Assembly (NCBI RefSeq): GCF_004010195.1
Contig: NC_057718.1
Span: 43,160,395 to 43,224,394, forward strand
DNA length: 64,000 nt
Reading direction: 5' to 3'
DNA from: Chiloscyllium plagiosum
Lineage: Eukaryota
Under the pieces are notes generated by a model that worked only from the letters and a program-made list of their open reading frames with translations, was not told the origin of the DNA and ran no database searches. The translations under genes and the position numbers were made by a program. Positions 53,194 through 64,000 of the stretch are shown piece by piece. How positions within the stretch are numbered: the first letter of the stretch is position 1; each line of letters starts with the position of its first letter.

Positions 53194-56100
53194 TCTTGAG
53201 CAGATGACAAAAAATACAAAGAAACTGATGGAAGAACAAAACCTTTCAATAAAAAATACATTTTTGAAATGAACAGTATGTGGAAATTGGAAGGGTAATG
53301 CTTCAATGTTTTATACAGTACTGCTAATCCTGACTCCTGCAAGAGGAGCACTCACTGTACTTTGCAATTAAATGTTAATAGTAATGGCTCTTGAAAGAGA
53401 AAGAATCCCCTTTATCACCTTCTACTAGACTGCATTTTAAAACCACCACAAATCAAATCCACATGACCTACCTTTTCAAATGTGGCCATCTTTCACAGAA
53501 TAAATAAATAAGAAATTGAGCTAATCCACTTCAGGTATCACATTGAACATAAGAGATGGGTCATTTTATAACATAATTCAATTTATTAATGTATCCTGAG
53601 ATGTTTAATGTCAAGAATTTGCAAAACAAAAATGTTGTGATACGCTGACACAGCTAAAAGGACACTGTCATTGTAATGTCATTGTTGTATGATTTCTTTA
53701 CCAAGGTTTTCTCCATTCTGCCTTGAAAAGTAAACCTTAATGCATCTAGTACTGGTCCAGCCTCAAAAGTATCAGTTTATATGTAAGGTTAATTCCAAAA
53801 TAGGGTCCTGTCAATTTGCTTCATAGCCACCATAGCCTTACTGCAGTCACCAGAAAACCCATTTTATGATACAATTTAGAGTGAGTTTCTGTTACTTTTA
53901 TATATGCTTCTTTTCAAAATTATCTTAGATGTTGGTAAATTATCAGGTCTTTGCAACATTCCCTTCCTCTTTTTGTTTTTTAAATCCATTTCTATCTAAA
54001 GACAAACTAATCACACAGTACAGTTGGTGCTACTCCCTTCCACATATGGTGCCAGTGTTGTACCAGCAAGTGTGGAATTATCTCAGTGACATTGTTATTC
54101 AGAACTGTAATTGTTTTTATGCAATATGTTCAATCCACAATGCAATATATCCTTTCCTTCAGATATACAATTCTTCAATCGTTTAATCAGTAACTTCTGT
54201 TTTCAGATAAATGCAATATAATAACGTCTTCGGTAGCTACTGTTTCTTCACATTTGCCTAGATATTCCTCTACCTTTACAGCGGCATCCATTATGCAGGT
54301 CTGTTTTAAATGTTTTAACATTTGCTTATGTGCAAGAGTTCAGATGACAGCTCAGTAATTGATAAGGGAAGTTAGAGACAGGCCTGACGGATGTTGTGCT
54401 GGTTTTGATATGGCATCTTTCCCCATGAGCCTTCAGACAAATAGCAGCCTTTTGTTCTACTCCCAGCCACCCATATACACATATATCAATATGGCACTCC
54501 CATTTGTTGTGATGTGGTTGAATTTGATATTGGGGTCCTTCCTTACACTTGAATTACTGCGTCAAATAGGCAATTAGAGTGTCCACAGTGGAAACCTTGA
54601 AAACTCTGTAGCCTAATGAAGCACAAATTTGGACGCAGAACATGAAGATATTTGAAGTTGGTGGTGCCCTCTGGGGAGATGATTGCCATTTGGGAGCAAT
54701 CATATAGCTAGGTTCCTCCTCCTTTTTTTTTGCCTGAAGTGAACTGTTTTGATATTTAGTTTTTTTTTGACAGCAACATGGAAGAGAATCTGCTTCATTT
54801 TGTCATGTTGATGCCAGCACTGGTTTTCACAGTGGCTGCTAGTTCATTTGCCATGTTTGAATCAGTTATTTGATTAAAGAATGGTTGTGTTCTTTTAGTA
54901 TTTGTCTACAATTCTTCCCTCACCCCATCTGTTGAGGAGAGTAGTTGTGGATCAGCTCGTCTGCAGGTACAGGTTTCACAAGAGGTAACTACAGCCTGGC
55001 TGCCAAAGCAAGCCCACTGAGAGCAGCTGTCGAGCCTCCCCCTTTTGCACTTTACCCTCTGTGGGCCCTACGAATCTTCCTGGCTGGAGGCATAAATCAT
55101 CGTCTTGTCACTAGCTTTTGGAGTTTATATTATGCAATGCCTAAATTGATATAGAGCTGTTGGACTGAAAAGATAACCAATAACTAACTAACAAAAAAAG
55201 AAATTATTCTTGTGCATTTTAACAATATTACTTTTTTGTTTTTCAGTAAAATCTCCAGTAAGGTACAGTATTAGAATTTCTGAAGCTAATTGAGGCAATC
55301 ACTATTGTGATTCAGACCATGTTACTCAATGGCTGATAATATAACTGCCTACCCACGTAGTGATTTGGTACAGGTAACATTTTGAGCAAATTGATACATT
55401 GCTAGCTTTTTAATTGGGATTTTTCTCCTATCCACCTGACAAAAACTGAGAAAGCAGGATGTTAAATCAGCTAGGTGATCTATTTGTGGTGTTCTGCACC
55501 ATTCCTGATTTCTGATCAGGTAACAATGGCACTTGTCTGAAACTTATATTAATATGCAGATCAGTCTTTGATTATGTCATCGGCCCCCATTGCAATTGTA
55601 ATTTTGATCTGAATGTGGAAGCAGTTATAGCTTTCCCATCTGGTGAAAACAGAGGAAAAGGATTCAGATCCTGAACAAATCTATTTTAAACTTCCATTGC
55701 AGGTTTAGAATCTGCAGGACTGGTTAAGGCCTCTCTTATCTCAGACTTCTCTCTCTTCTGACACACCTGAAACCCACTCCCAACTACTTACTTTGTTGTT
55801 AGTGACCTGTTAGTATCCAAGTTTCCAAACCAGGTTCATTTACTAGCTGCTGTTTTGCCACCCATTTAGGGTGATCAGTGATATGTGGATGCAACCTTCG
55901 ACTTAAAAACACTCAGCTCTTGCACTGCCAAGGTCAGTAGGGTATGATATTCATCTTGCACTCCACCCATCCGATTCCACTATTGGCTAAAATCAGGACT
56001 CTTGTGACTGTGATCATTGAAAGGCTAGTTTTGAGTGTTGGACCATTACTCCCATCAGTTGGAGCATGATGTAACTTACATTAGTGAAGCAGAGAAGTAA

Positions 56101-57385
56101 TGATACTTTATTTGAAAATGCAGCTAATGTAGTCGCTCATGTAACATACTTTAAAGAATGAATGCCACTCTCAGTTGAGCTTATTGTAAACTATGCATCT
56201 ATATTTGATTACTTTTTCATTGTGCCATGTTTGGTAATGCAGAAGCACAATCTCCATTTCACTAAAATGACATTTAAAGCTATACTTTAGAAATTTCCAT
56301 GAAGCAGAGACCCTAAAATCTCATTTTAATTTAAAAAGGCACTAGCCATGAATAGCTTCTGACTAAACCAATTTGTGTAGTAAAATACATTGAGATATTC
56401 CAATTACAAATTGATGAAGAAGTAACTGATGTAATATTTCTGGTCAACCTTTACTTCATCTTTTAGGAAGGTCTTTTCTAAAATGCTTAAGCTCGTTCAC
56501 TTATGTTGGTTCATTGCCATTCACTTATTCACTATGTGTATGTCTATTTTTTGTTCTCATTAATTAAATTGGAAAGCACATTTGCCTTTATGGAACTCCA
56601 AAATCAAAATGTAAATAAGTTTTTTAATAAGATAATTTTTTAGTTCTCATTCTTTGACATTTACTTGTTAATTTGTCAGATGCTTTCTGTAATAACAAGT
56701 GGCTGGCCTTTTGCATTTTAAGTAGATAAAAACAAAAGAAAAAAAACAACAAATGATATCACATAGTTTATCATATTGGACAAAAGGAAGAATTTTTTTA
56801 ACCATTCCAAAGTTGTAAAGTAAGTCCCCGTAGATTTTCTATTGATCAGGTAAGCATTTCCTGAACATGTTGTACTGTCAGGAGCTAATGGTGATTTTTG
56901 TCAAGTGTTGCCTTCTGGGAGCTTGAATACAATTAAGGGGTAAGTGTTGGTGAATATTTTCGTACCCTTTGGAGGGTCTCTGGGGAGGAACTAGCAAGGG
57001 ACACAAGTCATTTCCAGCTGCACCATATTCTCCACAAGTAGTTTCTTTCCCAAGCAAAAAAAAAAGTGCAGCTTTTGACTGGCTGCCTTCCAAAATAACT
57101 TCCTCATTTTAATTCAGAAATGGAGAATTAATCCCTTTGTGTTGTTTTCCTGCCTAAAGATATTTTTATATTTTGTGTCAAATATGAAGTAAGTTGATTA
57201 TATTCTTAGACCATTTGTCTTTTGTACTTGCACAGGGTTGAAATTGATTGCTTTAAATGCCTTATTTCATTTTGCTTTAAAGTATTATTCCAAAGAAAAC
57301 TATTTTGCAGAATAAGCATCCAAATTTGCAGCTATTTAGATTCATGATTTAGTAATCCTACTCTTGGTTAACAAACATAGTAACC

Positions 57386-57540
57386 CCATGATTTGGAGAT
57401 GCCGGTGTGGACTGGGGTGTACAAAGTTAAAAATCACACAACACCATGTTATAGACAACCACCTGATGAAAGAGCAGCGCTCCGAAAGATAGTGCTTCCA
57501 AGTAAACCTGTTGGACTATAACCTGGTGTTGCGTGATTTT
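57386..57540. mobile_element. Family A inverted-repeat element with 13-bp TSD in ESRRG intron 3
   Basis: AAACATAGTAACC at 57373-57385 and 57541-57553; arms aaaatcacacaacaccatgttatag / ctataacctggtgttgcgtgatttt; contains CTGATGA (57463-57469)...GAAA (57484-57487). Confidence 0.85.
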
Positions 57541-60500
57541 AAACATAGTAACCTCAGAAATCAGAAGTCAGTATCAGTGCTGGTTTTCTAGTCACAGGTT
57601 GTTTTGGTTTAAAGTAATTGAAATCATTTGTTATAGGTGAAGGCTGAATGGAACTATCACAGACAAGAGAGAATGACTATGTATGACAGTTATCATAGTT
57701 TTAACTGAACTTTGCAATTGCCATAGCCATCATGCATGCACCTGATTATAAAACATATATGAGATTCTGAATGCATCTTAGTGAAAGATGAACAAAATAT
57801 TCTTCAATTCACCCTGTTTACTTACATTTATATAGATTGTTGCTTCTGATTCATGAATCCATGACAAACATGGCAAAATAGCATTGTAAATAAAGCAATA
57901 TTTACAATTATTCTCTGTTAATCTTAAGAGACTTTCCTGCTATAAATATTTTCATTTATTTTAAGACTGGTGGCATTGATATTGGTTAAAAGATGTAGAA
58001 TTTATTTCTGCATAATATATTGTGGTTTTTCATTGATAATTTCCAAAGTGAAAGAACTTTTATTTTCAGAGGAAGGTTAGCCAATAACAGTCTAAAACAT
58101 TTTAAATGATATTTTCTGATTATCCTTGGACAAGCAAAGTGAGGAATTGGATTGGATGTTTTTATCAACATATTTCAAGTTTGTGCATATGATTTTGGAT
58201 ATCCAAATGGTAATTGCTGATAGATTTTTCCTTCAGCATTTTTACCATTTTAACAAACCAAGCACTTTAACAATGATTAATTTGCCATGCAAAAATAAAT
58301 TCAAGTGAAGCATCGGAGGGAATTCTCAAGTAGTTTTAATATTCCAAATTTACATCTTTAAACCGATTTTGTGCTTCACTTCCCAATAATTCTATTTTTT
58401 TAGCAAATTCAGTTAAACTGTAAATGTTGGAATTAATGAATGAATTTGATTTTCAATGATGTAGACACTTCTTTCCTGAAATGATCAAATCTAGACATAA
58501 GGCTCAGGCAGTTATCATTTGTCTATTTTATATGAATTAATACTAACCACAACAAATACGGTAATTATACAAATGTCTTTCCTTGAAACCCATTATATGA
58601 GCTTGGAAATGTTCTGATTTATGAATACTATCCTAGAATTATATTATCTGTAACAAAAGTGTAAGCCAGAATAAATTTAATATGTTCACAATCGGGTGTT
58701 AATTTAAATATTTTGTATTTGTACTCTTTAAACACATAAGCACACTAGAGACACACACATTTTGAATACTGAAGCCACTCAGAAAGTGTTAGTGTAAGAG
58801 AAGCAATCATATCACTGCCTAAAATATTCACCTAAGCCCCACTAGCTGTTTAAATGTCTAATTTGGGCTATATTTGGGAGTTGCTAAAGTGTGGAGATAA
58901 GATTAATCATACACAAGCAAATAAAGCTATGGTTAAGACCTCTCATTCTACATTCCGAGTGTCAAAATGTTGTCACAAGACACAAATGGAATGTGGTGAT
59001 CTCTGAATGGTAATCTTAACATTGGCTCTGGTTAAACACACTGTATGATAGTTTGATGTCAATATTCGTATTACTTCTGAAAAGAATGTTCTTTAAAAAG
59101 GGATAAACTGTTTTGGCTCGTATTGCACTAAAACCGGCCATCAATCTAGACATAATTTTCTTCCAAAGTAGCGCAATGTCCATGCATTTGTACACATTCA
59201 ATTTTGTTTTATAACTGCAAATGCAAAGAAAGTGTTCTTTTACATTTTTCTTAGAATTGAATAGAGACTAGCGGCTCCTTCCATTATTTGTTAGTACACA
59301 ACAGTTTTGCACAGTTTCAACTGTAACATGCCACGCATAGTTTCTCAGTAACCTTTTAAGAAGCTAGGATTAGTAAGTGTAACACTGAGAAATCTGAAGA
59401 GCAGACAAGTGGGTCATGAGTTAATATGATTTTGATGGCTGCAGGAAAATGCAATACTTTATTGCTTCATACAATAGCTTGTTAGCACAACATAGTCTTC
59501 CTTTCCTCTTAAAGCATTAACAACTGCAAATGCCTGCAATGCACTCTTGACATCAGCCTGGCCGTAAGTCTCACCAGGGATGAATAGTAGTTGTTGGCAT
59601 AGCAAACTGTGTTTGTGACCTCTTTGCACTCTAGACAGCTGTTAAGACCCTGCCTTTAATAGGCAAGGTTAGCAGAGTGTAGGCTTCTTCTCAATGTACT
59701 GACCAGATCCCCTATTGCATAAAGAAGAGAACAAAAGACTGATGACAGCTCCTGATGTCTGAGCATTTCAAAAGCTGGCTCAAAAGTTCATCATGATAGA
59801 CTGGATTAGTGCACATTACAGCATCATTTGCCAAATATGGATGTAGTATCCTACAAGCCTTTCTATGCACGTCAGGTTATCCATCATACAAACTATGCTA
59901 GCTGCACCTGGAAAGATGTTTCTTCTTGTACAGTTATTTTAGATGCCGTGATAAATTCAGTTTTTAGAATTTGAAGCCACCCTCTTTTGCATCCGCATTC
60001 TACTAGTACTGCTGGTAATATCATCAAGATTACTCAAATCAAAATCCAAGTTAATAAAAGAGGGGAAATAATTTAAGAAAAGGAAAATGTTTTTCACACA
60101 TTTAAGGAACATAAAATCTATTTCAAATATGGCATGATGACAGCTGTTAATGGAAATTAGGGGCCCTCCCACAAGAATTACTGGTGATTAGAAAATTCAA
60201 AAAACGGAGTAGTACAACAAACACAATAATTTATAAATGCCGATTTATTGAACCTGGTTAGACTGTTAATATCCTCAAACAGGAATTTAAAGTTGGCATT
60301 TTGCATTAGCTTATTACATTGCATTCTGATCACACTGTGTATTGGGGAATTCTGCAACTGTGCCCATATTCAAACTAAGAAGAAAAAAGATGTCACAGAG
60401 GGTCACAAATTATGTTCAGGTTTGACAGATTGTAGCCTTGCTTTACAAGAGCAGTAACATCTCATTTGTCACAGTTTGATCAGTAAGTGCGTGAATGCAA

Positions 60501-63500
60501 GCGGAAGGCTTTCCATCTCTGCACCAATTTAATAGTTCTGAGGCTGTCACCAGGCTAGAGCCACCTGCCCAAGAATTGCAATACTGATCTGTTTTAATTT
60601 AATCGGCCGTCAATCGGAATGAAATCATAAATCGTCTCCTTTGATTCCTCTGGCAGTATATTCTTTTCAGTGGTATTGCAGTGTTAGAAAAAGCACTTTT
60701 TTGAAGGCGTATGTAGGCAGTATTTAATACCCCTGAAAATCAAAACCTAGTGGACAGACCATTGGGATTTTCACACATTAGATTTATCTTGCACTATTGC
60801 TTCAGTCACCAGGAATTTCCTGAAAACAGTGAGATGTATGTGGGGTTACGTGAATTTTTTTTTGAGGGGTTGGGGTAGGGGTGCAGAGGAGGCAGGCTGA
60901 ACAATTGTACTAAGGAAACGTGCCAATTTTGAATTGGCAAATTTGAACAACAAAATAAGCCCTGGCACTTGGATGCTGTACAGACAAACTTAGTCGCCGC
61001 ACCAGATAAGATAAATGTGACCAAAAGCAGATTTTCCCCTCCCCCATGATGAAAATAGCAAATGACAGCACATGCCCTGAAGGAGGCTGCTGTCTCTTTA
61101 AGTGAGTTTACTAAATGCATTTCAGTTTTGAGAGTAAATGGAGTTAGTCTATTGTACATGTTTAATTCCCTATTAGTCCCCAGTGTTTACTGCTGTGGCC
61201 AAGCTGGGGCACCTGTAAATTGGGTTAAATACAACACATTGTCTAAACATATCACAGTTACAATCATTCACCTCGAATGGTGATAAGAAACCTCTTGTAT
61301 TATTGAATCTACAATGGGGAGGCTCTGCAGGCACAGAGATAACAGCTAGTTATTTCTCCTTAAGTAGAAAGAAAAACAGTGGCTTGAGCTTGCTGTTATG
61401 ACTGTGACATTAATTATAACTCACTGAATTGTTTTATGCTGCTGGAGTGGTTTTGAGATTAAGCTCGCCCTCCAAGCTCCCGTGCATATGGCTCTGATTA
61501 AAAATATTTGTCATTCAAGAAAACTTTCATTTTCAAGCAGAGATGATGTATTTATTTTTCTCTGTGTAATCTTGCAGTTTTAATTAGTGGCACGCCAAAA
61601 AAACAGATTGGAATTATTTCAGCCGAGCAATTAAAATGGAATGCTAAGTGAAAGCTATTTCAGGTCCCCTATAGGGATTTAATGTTAACAATGTGTACTT
61701 TTTCTTTGGTGAATCCTTGATAAGCAGGATGGCGAGACAGCTTTCATTATCATCAGAAGCACTTCATGGTCATTCTTTAGTGTTTGAAAGGAATATTTGT
61801 TCATTGTAAATGGTCAAATTTTTTCAGGCTTTTGAAATATAATTTACAATTTTTAATTTGATCCAATTTGATTAAATCATTAATTAGCTTGGAGTTAATT
61901 TTCTGGAAAATAAACTGCAATAAGGGTTAGCATTATTAGTTTACTATGCACGAGGTATAAGTAGCAGGAAATAAGCTGACACAAACACAGGCAGTCATGT
62001 TGTTAAACTTGGTGACAACTAAGTATAGCAATTTCTGTCATTACCTCTGCAGTCACCCATCGTAGAAAGACACCAGATGGTGTCATTGTGGTAAAGCACA
62101 GTGGAAACAGGATACATTGAGTGATATCACAACAGTTGTGTGTAATAAATAAGCTTATATTGCCAATACTTTGGTTTCAATATGAATACCAAGTTAGCTC
62201 TCCAGTGGTCTAAAATATTGTGTAGCATTTGGGAGCTATTATTAATCCAAGAGAGTTTTCGGCTTTGTAGTCAAAAATAAGTTATCCGAAATCGGTTCAA
62301 ATATGCAGTGAATCCAATAGTATACTGGTAACTGTGAATATTAGTTCATTTTACTCTTAAAAGGCATACTTTGGCAATGGATTTTTTTAATGCACCCATG
62401 CTTCCTGCTCAGGGGTGGCAGTTGCAGCCAAGTATTCTTTCCTCTTGAATCACACAGTTTAAAGTCTGGAAAAGGTTGCAGTAAACTCACTGATGATTTT
62501 ACTGGTGATGCTGTTACCCACAGAAACTGTTGGCTTAACCGACTATCTCCTGAGCAGGACAGTTATGCCCTCTAGTACTGTAATCAGACTGCCACTGCCA
62601 ATATCAGATCAGTAGTTGCTGTTTAGATTTTAGGTACCTAATGTATATGGAGAACTGCCTGTCTGTAATCTCAATTATTTAGCCTGGAAGAGAATTCTGA
62701 GCATGCATTAATCGACAAACTCTCTTGTACCAATTTTGTGTGCACCCGAAGTTTTTTGTCTTTTAAGCATAATTTCTGTATTGTAGTTCCATTTGTCATA
62801 CACAAGAATAGCAAATAATTACTCACAAGGGCTGACAAAGCCTAATATGGACATGAAGGAAATATTAACTGAAGTTTTTTTTTTCCTGAGATGCTTCAGA
62901 AGTAATGAAAAGAAGCATTTTGAATCCATGTTGAGTTCATAAAGAATCATATTGAAAGATTAACATTCCAAAGGCTATTTCTATGTTAATTCTAAAAGCG
63001 CTATTTAAATAGAAGAGTGACAGCAGAATAAGCTTTAGATAATCATTTTGTACAGCTTTTTATCCAATTCACTTTAGCCAGAATGGTGTCTATGTCCACA
63101 GACACTTAACATTTATACAGTTGCATTTTTCTCTCCCAATTCCTCACTAAAACAAAAAGTTAGGCAGAAGTTCCACCAGCTGCTCACATATTAAGTAGTT
63201 TAGCTTTGCAACATCTATCCATTGTTTGAATAATTGGAAACATAACATTTTCTACAGTGGGAATATTAACATTTAGCTTTAAAGGATGATTTATTGCTAG
63301 TGAATAATTTCTGTTTTATTGCTATCCATCCATACTTTAATAGGACAGTCTTGCTATAACAAAATTAGTAAGTATTGATTGGGGAAGACATATTGAGAAT
63401 AATGGCAGCAACAACCTAGTGGTGTAGTGATAAGAATTCAGAGGTTGCAGGTTAGAACCCAAGGGCCACCTGACACTTGACTCCGCCAACCTCGAATGTG

Positions 63501-63768
63501 ATGCATTTTGTCAGCTCCTATCAAGACACCTCGAAAGACAACTTCACGTTGCCTTCAATGGGAGACAATGAGCACATAATTCTAATCTGTCCTTTTGCAG
63601 CCATTTCTTCTGTTTTGAAATTAGATTAAATATGGCTTTAGTTTGATCTTGCTATGGCAAGAGGGTAAGTGACCATGGGGGAACTCTACAGTAAAGACTG
63701 AGGAACAAAAGGTCACTGGTGAGAAGAGAGACATTACTGTGTTCAAATAGAATTGTAGCATTTATTCA

Positions 63769-64000
63769 ATTAGATTAGATTAGATTAGATTACAGTGTGG
63801 AAACAGGCCCTTCGGCCCAACAAGTCCACACCGACCCGCCGAAGCGCAAACCACCCATACCCTTTACCTAATACTACAGGCAATTTAGCAGGCCAATTCA
63901 CCTGACCTGCACATCTTTGGGCTGTGGGAGGAAACTGGAGCACCCGGAGGAAACCCACGCAGACACAGGGAGAACGTGCAAACTCCACACAGTCAGTCAC
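63769..64000 (-). mobile_element. Young HE1-like V-SINE, running off the window end
   Basis: (ATTAG)4 tail, acagtgtggaaacaggcccttcggcccaac (CR1-like 3' end), V-domain ggagcacccggaggaaacccacgcagacac...tgcaaactccacacag; CpGs retained. Confidence 0.92.

Overview
AT-rich vertebrate genomic DNA. The repeat families (CR1/HER1-type LINEs, HE1-type V-SINEs, Penelope-derived hairpin elements) point to a cartilaginous fish, probably a carpet shark; this is inferred from repeats only. The only host gene is the 5' part of ESRRG (estrogen-related receptor gamma, NR3B3) on the + strand. Coding exon 1 (25950-26005, MDLVELCLPESFSLHYDE, missed by the ORF track), exon 2 (49511-49923, A/B domain and zinc finger 1) and exon 3 (52216-52332, zinc finger 2) splice in frame, and the gene continues beyond the window. 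The first ~20 kb is crowded with retroelement fragments, while the promoter and exon 2/3 neighbourhoods are nearly free of them. Most notable observations: (1) three families of short Penelope-derived inverted-repeat insertions, several with target-site duplications, carrying minimal hammerhead-ribozyme cores; (2) a strong-Kozak uORF overlapping the long-isoform ATG and stopping 40 nt before the short-isoform ATG; (3) an exon 3 start that rebuilds a 5' splice site after splicing; (4) a dense cluster of AGGTCA nuclear-receptor half-sites in intron 1; (5) several candidate PBX-HOX/MEIS enhancers. Repeat boundaries are approximate unless a TSD is given. No database searches were run, and comparisons with human sequence are from memory.
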